Below, piece by piece: positions 35,839-44,894 of a stretch of DNA of 64,000 nt. Below the pieces are notes generated by a model. The model made no database searches, was not told the origin of the DNA, and was given only the letters and a program-made list of their open reading frames with translations. The DNA comes from a virus, in the IMG/VR virus record IMGVR_UViG_3300025634_000002, positions 6,973 to 70,972 of that record. One strand, written 5' to 3'. A program made the translations under genes and the position numbers. How positions within the stretch are numbered: position 1 is the first letter of the stretch; every line of letters begins with the position of its first letter.

Positions 35839-36833
35839 CCGAGACCACCACCAAGTCAAAGACGGATGCGCCGCAGGCCGCGCCCGCTGCCCAGCTTCCA
35901 TCGCGCCGCGAGGATTGGGAGAACTTCAAGACCGAACTCGACAAGCGCGCCGACGAGATCGGCTCGCAACTCCCCCCGAACGTGACCAAGGATCGCTTCA
36001 TCGGAGCCTCGCTCGCTGCCGTGAAGGCCACGCCTGCCATCCTCACGGCCACCCCGCGCTCGCTCATGTCGGCGCTGACCAAGGCGGCCCAGGACGGCCT
36101 TCTGCCCGATGGGCGCGAGGGGATCATCACGGTCTACTCGACGACCGTCGATGGGCAGAAACAAAACATCGCCCAATGGAACCCGATGTTCTACGGGATA
36201 CGCAAGCGTGCCCGTGAACTCGACGGGATCATCATCGACGCCCAGGTGGTCTACGTCGGTGACGAGTTCGATTACGAGCTCGGGGACCATCCGTTCATCA
36301 AGCACAAGCCGAAGGCGCGCACCGAGAAGGTGGATGCCAGCGCGGGCCTCGCCGTCTATGCGATCTTCCGTCACCCGACCGAGGGCATCCTTGCCCGTGA
36401 GGTGATGTGGAAAGTCGATGTATTCGACGTGATGAACCAGTCGCGGGCCAAAGGCTCGCTGATGTGGACGACGTTCTGGACCGAGGGGTGGCGCAAGACG
36501 GTCGGGCGCCGCGGTGCAAAATCAGTTCCGGTCTCGCCACAACTCGAGCGGCTGATCCAGCGCGACGACGAGAACTTCTCATTCGACCAGACACCACCGA
36601 TGCTCGCGCCACCCTCACCGCCGAGTGCGCCGCCAGCACCGGCCGCGCCCGAAGAGACGCCGGCCGACGTCGCCCAAGATTTCAACGACGACGACAACGG
36701 CGAGCACGTCGACCCGAACACATCTCTCGATCGCCAGTTCAACGAGACCATGCGCGAGGACCGACCGTTCCCCGGCGACGAACCCCTTCCCGAAGCGACC
36801 AAGCAGGCTGTGCGGAGGGGAAACACGCCATGA
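35835..36833 (+). CDS. recT: RecT-family single-strand annealing protein
   Basis: SLMSALTKAAQDGLLPDGREG, PMFYG, VVYVGDEFDYELG, AVYA, W.T.W.E.WRKTV.RR.AK. Confidence 0.85.
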   Translation: MTETTTKSKTDAPQAAPAAQLPSRREDWENFKTELDKRADEIGSQLPPNVTKDRFIGASLAAVKATPAILTATPRSLMSALTKAAQDGLLPDGREGIITVYSTTVDGQKQNIAQWNPMFYGIRKRARELDGIIIDAQVVYVGDEFDYELGDHPFIKHKPKARTEKVDASAGLAVYAIFRHPTEGILAREVMWKVDVFDVMNQSRAKGSLMWTTFWTEGWRKTVGRRGAKSVPVSPQLERLIQRDDENFSFDQTPPMLAPPSPPSAPPAPAAPEETPADVAQDFNDDDNGEHVDPNTSLDRQFNETMREDRPFPGDEPLPEATKQAVRRGNTP

Positions 36834-37075
36834 GCGAACGCGACACACCGGCGTTTCCGGTCTCTCACGGAACGGGCTCGGCCTACTTTGCGCACCCCGG
36901 CATGACACTACGCGACTGGTTCGCGGGGCAGGCGCTCTCTGGGCTGCTGGCCGAACCTCAACCCGAGGACGGCGAGCCTGAACTTGGGGTGGGCCGCGAC
37001 TATGCCGCTAAGGCTGCGCAAGCTGCTTACCGGATCGCTGACGCCATGCTCGCAGAGCGGGCGACCATCGAATGA
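36830..37075 (+). CDS. conserved phage protein
   Basis: PAFP...GMTLRDWFAGQAL...AYRIADAMLAER. Confidence 0.8.
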   Translation: MSERDTPAFPVSHGTGSAYFAHPGMTLRDWFAGQALSGLLAEPQPEDGEPELGVGRDYAAKAAQAAYRIADAMLAERATIE

Positions 37076-37260
37076 GCAAAAACGCCGAGCCCCGCAAATC
37101 CACCGAAGCCGCCAACCAAGCCCTATGGGAATCTCTCACGGATCGCGAGCGCACCGCCGTCAACGCCGCGATGAAAGCCTTTGCTGATGCACCCGGAACG
37201 TCGGATCGGATTTCCATGCTGTATGCGATCAGGATGTATCAGGCGGAGATGGCGAAGTGA
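37072..37260 (+). CDS. hypothetical protein
   Basis: Coupled ORF. Confidence 0.5.
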   Translation: MSKNAEPRKSTEAANQALWESLTDRERTAVNAAMKAFADAPGTSDRISMLYAIRMYQAEMAK

Positions 37261-37460
37261 GCGACCTACCGAAATGCACTAGCCGGTGGGGCCACAAGTT
37301 CGAGGGTCGCTACGACAAAGGCTCCGCAATCATCCCTCCCGGCACGCCGCTGAGTATCGCCATGGACAGCCTCTCTAGCATCTACGAGCGGTTCCGTCAG
37401 GTCACCTACGCGCGGGACGTGTGTGTCCGCTGTGGCGTGACTATCGAGAGGGCCAAATGA
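37257..37460 (+). CDS. small zinc-binding protein
   Basis: C...WGHKF..RYD...CVRCG. Confidence 0.6.
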   Translation: MSDLPKCTSRWGHKFEGRYDKGSAIIPPGTPLSIAMDSLSSIYERFRQVTYARDVCVRCGVTIERAK

Positions 37461-37729
37461 GAGCCGAGGACCGCATCATCAGAGACGCCAAGATCGAGGA
37501 CATGCACAAGCGCGGCGTGCCGAAATCCGAGATCAGCCGCAGCCTCGGCGTCAAGCCCAATCGGATCTACGAAATCCTTGCACAGCGCGGAGCGATTTCG
37601 GTCAATCCAGCCGATCGTGTCGAGCGCACGATATGGGACGGCGATAGCCGCGACCGGCTACGGCAGGCCATCCATAGGCGCCAGGTTGCGGGTGCTAGAG
37701 CGGCATTGCAGATGATGAGGCAGCAGTGA
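37457..37729 (+). CDS. HTH protein
   Basis: RD.KI..M..RG....EISRSLGV...RIYEIL. Confidence 0.65.
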   Translation: MRAEDRIIRDAKIEDMHKRGVPKSEISRSLGVKPNRIYEILAQRGAISVNPADRVERTIWDGDSRDRLRQAIHRRQVAGARAALQMMRQQ

Positions 37730-38181
37730 GCCGAGCCGCAATAGCGATGGTCAAAGACCAGAGGGGGCTGCACGCGATGGACCAATATGCTCATCAGCAA
37801 ATTGAGGAGTTGCCGCCCGGCACCTATAGCGTTCGCTGTTCTCGGATGACGGCCAAATACAAGACCGAGCGTGAGGGCATGCGCGGGCTCTGGTGGGCAG
37901 GCTGTGACCTGCTATCGAAGAACACCGAGCAGAAGGGTTTTGCGACCAAGCGCGCGGCCAGCGACGAGATCCTCATAGGCATCGACCTCACTCGGAAACG
38001 CTACCGCATCGACAAGACCTGGGAACCAATTCCGGTCTCTCTGGCAGAGGAAAGCATGGATGACGAGGAAATGGCGACGGTGATCGAGCTCGGCCGCGCC
38101 TACTGCATGGACCGGTTTCGGTTTGACCCCTTCAAGATGTGGGTCGACGAGCAAGAAGCAATGAAGGCGAACAATCGATGA
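37726..38181 (+). CDS. DUF1367/NinB-like protein
   Basis: Position before a NinG-like HNH; SLA..SMD..E motif. Confidence 0.45.
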   Translation: MSRAAIAMVKDQRGLHAMDQYAHQQIEELPPGTYSVRCSRMTAKYKTEREGMRGLWWAGCDLLSKNTEQKGFATKRAASDEILIGIDLTRKRYRIDKTWEPIPVSLAEESMDDEEMATVIELGRAYCMDRFRFDPFKMWVDEQEAMKANNR

Positions 38182-38378
38182 CCGATGAACAGACGACAAT
38201 CGTCCTGCTGGCCGTTGCCAAAGTGATCGGCAACTCGAAGAAACTCATGATCGAAGCCATTGAAGGCCGCGTCAACGAAAAAGAGGCCTTCAATGAACTG
38301 CTAGTCAGCAGCACCGTCGACATCAGCATTGCCTTTCAAGAGGCATTCGACCTCGTGGAGCACAGGAAGGCATCGTGA
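38178..38378 (+). CDS. hypothetical protein
   Basis: Coupled ORF. Confidence 0.5.
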   Translation: MTDEQTTIVLLAVAKVIGNSKKLMIEAIEGRVNEKEAFNELLVSSTVDISIAFQEAFDLVEHRKAS

Positions 38379-38572
38379 CCCATCGGACCAACCGCCAGAT
38401 ATTCGCCAACGCCCATCGCGTCGATGACGACCTCGACCTAGACGGCGAGCGCGGCCCATTGCGGCGGCGCGAACCACGGTCTGGGCTGATCGTCGAGGCC
38501 GAGGAGGAACGCCAGGTCAAGATGCCAAAACTGCTGTTCCTTAGCCGCAGGTTCGGATGGGAAAGCCCATGA
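38375..38572 (+). CDS. hypothetical protein
   Basis: Coupled ORF. Confidence 0.45.
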   Translation: MTHRTNRQIFANAHRVDDDLDLDGERGPLRRREPRSGLIVEAEEERQVKMPKLLFLSRRFGWESP

Positions 38573-38943
38573 GCCGGTCCGTCGAGGAGTGGATCGGCAA
38601 GACCGACGACGCGGCCATCCCGACCAGAGTGAAGCTGCGTATCTGGGAGCGTGAAAATGGAACCTGCTGGATCAGTGGCCGGAAAATTCGACCGGGAGAG
38701 CCATTCGATTTCGACCACAAGGTCGCGCTCATAAACGGGGGCGAGCACAGGGAGTCGAACCTGTTCCCGGCCCTCCGCGACAAGCATCGCGAAAAGACCC
38801 GCGAGGACGTGGCGATCAAATCCGAAACGGCCCGCGTCCGCTCCAAGCATCTCGGGATCAAGAAGGCCTCGCGACCCATGCCGGGGTCAAAGGCCAGCGG
38901 CCTACGCAAGCGCATGAACGGCACAGTGGAGAGACGAACATGA
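38569..38943 (+). CDS. HNH-family nuclease
   Basis: MSRSVEEWIGKTDD, FDHKVALINGGEHRESNL, KRMNGTVERR. Confidence 0.8.
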   Translation: MSRSVEEWIGKTDDAAIPTRVKLRIWERENGTCWISGRKIRPGEPFDFDHKVALINGGEHRESNLFPALRDKHREKTREDVAIKSETARVRSKHLGIKKASRPMPGSKASGLRKRMNGTVERRT

Positions 38944-39347
38944 ACAAATCAAAGGCAGCAACAGACGGCGCCGAGCCGGAAGGCATCACCGAGCCTGCTA
39001 CGGTGACGCTGGAGGACGATACAGGTCCGGCGCGGTCCAATGTGCCGCGAACTACGCAGGTGGCCTCTACGGCCATCGTAGGCGATTTCTCGCTACCCAA
39101 CGAGCACATCGATTATGCGATCCTGCTGGAGAATGGCCTGAATACGAGAATCCACGGCCTCCAAGCTCACATCGCCGCCATCGAAACGCTCTTGAAGAAG
39201 GGGCAGGCCAAGCACGACGAGATCATAGCCGATCTGGTGCACCGGCACGAGAGCGAAAAGATGAAGCTGGAGAACCAACTCGACAACCTCAAGACCGCGC
39301 TGCGAATGGCAAAGTCAGGTGTTGCGGCCAAGGACGTGCCGACGTGA
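38940..39347 (+). CDS. coiled-coil hypothetical protein
   Basis: Coupled ORF. Confidence 0.55.
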   Translation: MNKSKAATDGAEPEGITEPATVTLEDDTGPARSNVPRTTQVASTAIVGDFSLPNEHIDYAILLENGLNTRIHGLQAHIAAIETLLKKGQAKHDEIIADLVHRHESEKMKLENQLDNLKTALRMAKSGVAAKDVPT

Positions 39348-39508
39348 GAACCGTGACAGTCTATTTCGCTGATCGCCTCAAGGATGGACGTTGGCGCATC
39401 GTATGCAGCGAGAACGGATTTACGCGCGACCTCTGCGGTGCCATCAATGAGCACGTCGCACGCCAGCAAGCCGAAATCTTGACCGCCATGCGGAGAGTAT
39501 CGACATGA
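39344..39508 (+). CDS. small hypothetical protein
   Basis: GTG start overlapping the previous stop; 54 aa. Confidence 0.4.
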   Translation: MRTVTVYFADRLKDGRWRIVCSENGFTRDLCGAINEHVARQQAEILTAMRRVST

Positions 39509-39663
39509 TCAGCCCCTATCCCAACATCATCCTCGTCGCCCTCGACCGCAAGCGTGCAAAGCGCGACCGGTTGCTGTTCGAATCCATCATGGTCACAGCC
39601 TCGCTGGATGCTATCGCAGAACTGCTAAATCGGGATTGGGCGGTAGGGAGGAATGGGCCGTGA
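39505..39663 (+). CDS. small hypothetical protein
   Basis: ATGA overlap; 52 aa. Confidence 0.4.
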   Translation: MISPYPNIILVALDRKRAKRDRLLFESIMVTASLDAIAELLNRDWAVGRNGP

Positions 39664-39866
39664 GCGACTGGCAACCGATTGAGACGGCTCCTAAAGACGG
39701 AACTGACATCCTGCTTTACCGTCGTAACTGGCACCAGAGTGCTCCAGTCGTTGCTGGCTGGTTTGAAGACGGATGGTATGCCTACGATCATGATTCAGAA
39801 CAGGTGCCAGAACTCGGCGGCATAACGCACTGGATGCCACTCCCCGAGCCACCATCCCGGCAGTAG
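39660..39866 (+). CDS. DUF551 protein
   Basis: WQPIETAPKDGTDIL...THWMPLPEPP. Confidence 0.85.
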   Translation: MSDWQPIETAPKDGTDILLYRRNWHQSAPVVAGWFEDGWYAYDHDSEQVPELGGITHWMPLPEPPSRQ

Positions 39867-39915
39867 CCTCCCAGCCGGTGGGGCGACTCCACATGCAGGG
39901 GTCGCCCCGTTAATC

Positions 39916-39944
39916 TTGCAGTGCGCATCTAGAACGGCTATATC
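39916..39944 (+). promoter_or_regulatory. promoter of RNA cluster
   Basis: TTGCAG-N17-TATATC after a strong hairpin (39881-39907). Confidence 0.55.
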
Positions 39945-39950
39945 GGTTTC

Positions 39951-40050
39951 GAGGCAGAGGTCGCGGGTGCAAAGCCCGTTGTCATCCGTGTGGGCCTAGG
40001 CTAACGCACGGTGGACATAGCTCAGAGATAGAAGAGCGCTGCCGAGCAAT
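39951..40050 (+). ncRNA. circularly permuted tRNA-like RNA (YrlA/Y RNA-like)
   Basis: Order is anticodon-stem 3' strand GGCAG, AGGTC, T-arm GCGGG-TGCAAAG-CCCGT, closed acceptor hairpin, TA, D-arm GCTC..GAGC, G, then CTGCC. Confidence 0.75.
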
Positions 40051-40244
40051 CTTCACAGTTCGTTAGGCGGACCATGCGTATCCTCCGGGGGCAACTTCGG
40101 AGGATACGTTTATGTGGAAACCACTCTCAAAGCACAATGAGGAACGGCTGGGACTGGTACTGGCGCTACTTGCGGCGAGCGAGCAATTGTGCGAGGAAAG
40201 CGGTATGGACACCGCGACCACCATCGCAGATCGACCACCTACTT

Positions 40245-40319
40245 CTGGGCGTAGCTCAGAGGTAGAGTGCCGCACTCGGAATGCGGAAGTCGCTGGTTCG
40301 ATACCAGCCGCCCAGACCA
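40245..40319 (+). tRNA. tRNA-Pro(CGG)
   Basis: Full cloverleaf CTGGGCG/CGCCCAG, loop CT-CGG-AA, TTCGATA, encoded CCA. Confidence 0.92.
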
Positions 40320-40348
40320 ACCTCACACGAACGATCCTCTGAGCTTTC

Positions 40349-40425
40349 GCCGCCGTAGCTCAGACGGTAGAGCAGCCCTCCTGTAAAGGGCAGGTCGCAG
40401 GTTCGATTCCATGCCGGTGGCACCA
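40349..40425 (+). tRNA. tRNA-Thr(TGT), atypical
   Basis: Cloverleaf with CCA; loop CC-TGT-AA (C33); extra A in the 3' strand of the T-stem. Confidence 0.85.
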
Positions 40426-40643
40426 AAGTTTTCGCCGAGAGGCGATCCTAGTTCGAGTCGCACTTGATAATCAGAGGAACGAGACCAAGCCCGGTGTAGC
40501 GATACGGTGCGGGTGTAACTGGCGAGATGAGTATGGTTAGCCAGTAGGGTCACGGGGTAAAACGAGGCGTCATCACCAACACGCCTATCGTCCTCAAAGC
40601 CGGGTCGCGCCCGGCGTAATTTTTCAACCCAGGAGACACTGAT

Positions 40644-41819
40644 ATGGACTTCCTGACTTACGGCTCGCATGACGAAAACACCATCGCCCAGATGACCGCC
40701 TGCATGGCCTTCGATGACGCTGCGGCCGGCGTTCTTTGCGCCGATGGCCATCTCGGTTACGCGCACCCCATCGGGGGTGTCGTCGGCTACACCGACCACA
40801 TTTCGATCAGCGGCGTCGGCTTTGACATCGCGTGCGGGAACATGGCCGTTCGCCTAGATGTGAAAGCCTCTGAGATTCGCCCGCGCATTGCCGAAATCAT
40901 GCAGCAGATCGGCCAAGTCGTGAGCTTTGGCGTTGGTCGAACCAATGACGAGCGCGTCGAGCATTCGCTGTTCGACAGCGACCTGTGGAACGCGGCTGGC
41001 GTGCCGGAACTGAAAGCGATGGCGCACACGCAACTCGGCACGGTCGGGAGCGGCAACCACTACGTGGACTTGTTCGAGGACGAGGACGGCTGGACGTGGA
41101 TCGGCAATCATTTCGGCTCGCGCGGTCTCGGGCACAAGATCACGACCAAGTATCTGGCCGCAGCAGGGGCCAAGGACGGCATGCTGGTGCCTCCTGCGCT
41201 TGTGCCTGCCGACAGTGACCTTGGCCTAGGCTACATGGCTGGCGTCGAACTTGGTGGGCTCTACGCCTATGCGGGGCGCGAGTGGGTAATCGAGCGCGTC
41301 CGCAAGATCGTCGGCGGCGAAGTTACCGAGAGCGTCCACAACCACCACAACTGGTGCTGGCGCGAGACACACAACGGCGTTGACATGTGGGTGGTTCGCA
41401 AGGGTGCGACCCCCGCATTCCCGGGCCAGTATGGTTTCGTCGGCGGCTCGATGGGCGACGACGCAGCGATCCTTCGCGGCGTCGAGAGCGAGAAGTCGAA
41501 GGCCTCACTCTACTCGACCGTCCACGGCGCGGGCCGCATCATGTCGCGCACCGATGCACGCGGGCGTTTCGTCAAGAACCCCGAGACCGGCAAGAAGGAA
41601 CGCCAGCCCGGAAAGGTTCGCCACGATGAATGGCAGAACTGGATCAGGGAAAAGGGCGTGACGCTGATTGGTGCTGATCTGGATGAGGCTCCGCAGGCCT
41701 ACCGTCGCCTGCCTGAAGTCCTCGCGGCCCATGAAGGCACTATCGAGATCATGCACACACTCAGCCCGTTCGGCGTCATCATGGCCGGTGCTGATGTTTT
41801 CGATCCGTTCAAGGACTGA
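40644..41819 (+). CDS. rtcB: RtcB RNA ligase
   Basis: ADGHLGY, GVGFDIACG, QLGTVGSGNHY, HFGSRGLG, HNHHN, VRKGATPA, STVHGAGR, DEAPQAYR. Confidence 0.95.
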   Translation: MDFLTYGSHDENTIAQMTACMAFDDAAAGVLCADGHLGYAHPIGGVVGYTDHISISGVGFDIACGNMAVRLDVKASEIRPRIAEIMQQIGQVVSFGVGRTNDERVEHSLFDSDLWNAAGVPELKAMAHTQLGTVGSGNHYVDLFEDEDGWTWIGNHFGSRGLGHKITTKYLAAAGAKDGMLVPPALVPADSDLGLGYMAGVELGGLYAYAGREWVIERVRKIVGGEVTESVHNHHNWCWRETHNGVDMWVVRKGATPAFPGQYGFVGGSMGDDAAILRGVESEKSKASLYSTVHGAGRIMSRTDARGRFVKNPETGKKERQPGKVRHDEWQNWIREKGVTLIGADLDEAPQAYRRLPEVLAAHEGTIEIMHTLSPFGVIMAGADVFDPFKD

Positions 41820-42051
41820 CCATGAAAGAGGCCGCGCTAGCTGAGCCGCGCGGCCTAGTGACTAACAGGGAGGAGAGAGACTCGAAGAAAGCGCCAACTG
41901 AGCGGCAGAAGTGAAGCCGGAATTGGCGAGATGATTGAGCGCTCGGCAGGCGAGGAACGCAAGCCCTGAAATGCGAAAGCCGCCACCCTTTCAGGCGACG
42001 GCTTCTGCGGTGAGCCACGAACAAGCGGACTATCGCAGGTTCAGTGGCCGA

Positions 42052-42246
42052 TTACAACCACACCATGATCTCGATCCCGATGATCGCGACGCAACCCATG
42101 ATGTAGGGCATGGCGCGCGTGAGGAGAGGATGGGGATCGGGCTCGCCCATTGTGCCTGCCGTAGCGAGCCATGAGGCCAGCGCTCCACCAATCAGGAGCA
42201 CCGGCCCTATAGTCCAGCGGATGATTTGGACGAGCAAATCAGCCAT
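42052..42246 (-). CDS. small membrane protein
   Basis: Two hydrophobic segments (MADLLVQIIRW...). Confidence 0.45.
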   Translation of the reverse strand: MADLLVQIIRWTIGPVLLIGGALASWLATAGTMGEPDPHPLLTRAMPYIMGCVAIIGIEIMVWL

Positions 42247-42342
42247 ATTTGGCCATCGCGATGAAGCCGAGGATCTGACCCCCGACAACGAGAAGGATGA
42301 TCGCCCCCAAACCTATGAGAGCGACCTTAGCCCAAGTCGGCA

Positions 42343-42876
42343 TTAGGAGACCTCCGCAATCTGGTATGGAGCACGACGCAACCTGCGCTTGATGTTGCTC
42401 ACGTGACCCTGTGTAATTCCAAACCTCTTGGCAATCGCTCTCTGGGTCATCCGTCGAGTTTTGGCGAGCTCCCTAATTTCTTCCACGTCAGTCTCGGTCA
42501 AAGCGCTTGATGGATGACGATCGCCGCACAAGCGCGTCCCATGCATGTCCTTGTCCATGTCGTTTTCTTTTCTGGTCTTCCACGACAGATGATTTGGATT
42601 CACGCAGCCGAGATGCCCGTGCCCGCACGAGTGCGCAGATTCGTATTTTGAAGTTGGCGGCTCGCCATGCGCAAGGATGCACATCGCTCTATGTGCGGTC
42701 ATTCTACGGTTTCCGAACCTGATCCGACCATATCCGTCTGGAGCCGCTGAAAATGGCCAGATGATGCAGGTCTGGGTGGTCGTGCCAACTAAGCTTCTCA
42801 GAAACGGAAGAAGCATCCCGTAATGCGCGCCTTGGTTGCGCGTATGGTTTATTCCCGATAACGATTTGGCAGCCAT
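42343..42876 (-). CDS. HNH homing endonuclease
   Basis: CIIWPF, GYG, AHR.MC..AHG, AHSCG.G..GCVNPNHL.W. Confidence 0.9.
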   Translation of the reverse strand: MAAKSLSGINHTRNQGAHYGMLLPFLRSLVGTTTQTCIIWPFSAAPDGYGRIRFGNRRMTAHRAMCILAHGEPPTSKYESAHSCGHGHLGCVNPNHLSWKTRKENDMDKDMHGTRLCGDRHPSSALTETDVEEIRELAKTRRMTQRAIAKRFGITQGHVSNIKRRLRRAPYQIAEVS

Positions 42877-42945
42877 GCCATTCCACCTTTTGGCTGGTTA
42901 GAGGACGGGTTGAGCGCTGACACGCTCCCCGTCCCTCGAACATAC

Positions 42946-42980
42946 AAAAAGGCCGCTCCACATTCAAGCGGAGCGGCCTT
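42946..42980 (-). terminator. intrinsic terminator at end of lysis/late transcript
   Basis: GGCCGCTCC-N10-GGAGCGGCC plus T5 on the minus strand. Confidence 0.7.
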
Positions 42981-43005
42981 GGTATTGAACTGCCGAGCAG
43001 CAGCG

Positions 43006-43389
43006 TCAGGCGGTCGGAGTCGGCGTTGCGGTCGTCGCGGTGGACGTGGCAGCCTGAAGGTTGCTCACCGTCGCGGCGAGTTCGGTAGAGATTGCGTCAA
43101 TCGCTGCCTGGTTGCCGCTGGCGTTGGCCGCCGCAAGCTGGGTCTGGAGCGAAGCGATGTTAGCCGCCTCGGTATTGACAGTAGAAATCAGCGTGGTCGA
43201 GAGGTCACGAAGCTGGTCAGCTTCAGCCTGAACATCTGCGAGAGAGGCCATGATGGTCTGTTCCTTGTTGATGATGGTGGCCTGGCCGTCGAGCAGTTGA
43301 GCGAACTGCCGCTCTACGCCGTTGATGCCTTCCGCGAGTAGGCCGAGCACCTCGCGGTCGGTGTGGGTGATTTCGATGAAGATCGGCAT
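43006..43389 (-). CDS. coiled-coil hypothetical protein
   Basis: IMASLADVQA...; Ala/Thr-rich. Confidence 0.55.
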   Translation of the reverse strand: MPIFIEITHTDREVLGLLAEGINGVERQFAQLLDGQATIINKEQTIMASLADVQAEADQLRDLSTTLISTVNTEAANIASLQTQLAAANASGNQAAIDAISTELAATVSNLQAATSTATTATPTPTA

Positions 43390-43426
43390 GGGGCGTGCCT
43401 AGCACTTTCTTGGCGACGGTTCCATG

Positions 43427-43585
43427 TCAGAGGACACGAACCAACACTAGAATGATGATGATCAGGAGCACGACGCCCAAAATCCCAGATGGATATGGAC
43501 CGTAGCTATGCAGCCCGAATGATGGCCAAGCCCCAATCAAAAGGGCGATGACGACGATCACGAGGATGATACCGAGCAGGCTCAT
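43427..43585 (-). CDS. DUF3309 small membrane protein
   Basis: LLGIILVIVVIALLIGAWP...SYGPYPSGILGVVLLIIIILVL. Confidence 0.75.
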   Translation of the reverse strand: MSLLGIILVIVVIALLIGAWPSFGLHSYGPYPSGILGVVLLIIIILVLVRVL

Positions 43586-43722
43586 GCGATCACCGCGGCA
43601 ACAATGAGGATCACGCCACCGACGATCTTGAGGATGCTGCCGGCAGTAAGAGCGGGGAGCGAGTCGATGCCCGTGCCTACTGCCCAAATGCCGGCGCCTA
43701 GGAAAGCGTAGTTGAGGTGCAT
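43582..43722 (-). CDS. small membrane protein
   Basis: MHLNYAFLGAGIWAVG..., RBS GGAGG. Confidence 0.5.
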   Translation of the reverse strand: MHLNYAFLGAGIWAVGTGIDSLPALTAGSILKIVGGVILIVAAVIA

Positions 43723-43784
43723 GGTCGACCTCCGAGCGGACTGAGCCGCTTGACGACAACGCGGCCCTCGTCTAGTTGGTTGCT

Positions 43785-43861
<77 letters not shown>

Positions 43862-43919
43862 ACTTTGAGCTAACCACGTTCCCCAGCCCTAGACCGGCAG
43901 GAACGCAGTGGAGAGGGCC

Positions 43920-44894
43920 ATGAAGCAGATCATCAAGATCAAGTTCGGTTCGCACCTTTACGGCACTTCGACGCCGGCAAGTGACGTTGACTTCAAGTCC
44001 GTCTTTATCCCCGACGCGCGGTCAATTCTTCTACAGCGAACCAAGGGCTCGATCAACGATCAGCGCCCCAAGGCAGAGTTCGAGAAGAACACCGCTGGCG
44101 AGATCGAGGAGGAGCGCTTCAGCCTACAGAGATTCCTTGGCCTAGCAGCCGAGGGGCAGACGGTCGCACTCGACATGCTCTTTGCGCCGTCATGGTCCTT
44201 TGTCGCGGAGCCATCGCCGGTCTGGTACGAAATCCTCGATAACCGTCACCGGCTGGTCAGCCGCAGGTCTAAGGCGTTCATCGGCTACGCCATGAAGCAG
44301 GCGTCAAAATATGGCGTCAAGGGATCCCGCGTGGCCGCGTCCAGGAATGCTCTGAACATCCTCGCCAGGGGCATGGCTGAGCACGGGACGGTCGCCAAGT
44401 TGGAAGTGATGGCCGAGATCATCAAGCCCGTTGCAGAGACCGACGAGCACATGGCTATCGTGCCGATCACGATGCCAAACGGCGGCGTTGTCGATCATTG
44501 GGAGGTGTGCGGCCGGAAGATGCCTTACTCGAGCAGCATCAAGAACGCGCACGGGATCATGCAGCGGCTTGTGGAAGAATACGGGCATCGCGCGCTTCAG
44601 GCCGAGAGCAACCAAGGCGTGGACTGGAAGGCCCTATCCCATGCGGTGCGCGTCGGCCATCAGGCCATCGAACTGCTCAACACCGGATTTGTGACCTTCC
44701 CGCTTCCGAACGCAGCGCATATCGTCGCCATCAAGAAAGGCCAGTTGGACTACAAGATCGTCGTAGAGGAAATCGAGACCGTGATGAACGGCGTTCTGGA
44801 CGCGGCCGACAAGTCGCCGCTGCCTGATGAACCGGACATGGTGTGGATCGATGATTTCGTGTTCGAGATGCACCGTCGAGAGGTCGTCGGATGA
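43920..44894 (+). CDS. Pol-beta superfamily nucleotidyltransferase (RlaP-like)
   Basis: FGSHLYGTSTPASDVDFK; GYA..QA.KY; DWKALSHAVR; IK.G; S.LPDEPD. Confidence 0.85.
   Translation: MKQIIKIKFGSHLYGTSTPASDVDFKSVFIPDARSILLQRTKGSINDQRPKAEFEKNTAGEIEEERFSLQRFLGLAAEGQTVALDMLFAPSWSFVAEPSPVWYEILDNRHRLVSRRSKAFIGYAMKQASKYGVKGSRVAASRNALNILARGMAEHGTVAKLEVMAEIIKPVAETDEHMAIVPITMPNGGVVDHWEVCGRKMPYSSSIKNAHGIMQRLVEEYGHRALQAESNQGVDWKALSHAVRVGHQAIELLNTGFVTFPLPNAAHIVAIKKGQLDYKIVVEEIETVMNGVLDAADKSPLPDEPDMVWIDDFVFEMHRREVVG

Noticed and set aside
39951-40050. Two-piece alphaproteobacterial tmRNA or a functional permuted tRNA gene
   Set aside because: Has a full D arm, no tag reading frame, no CCA, and joining the ends would not give a canonical YU-NNN-R anticodon loop
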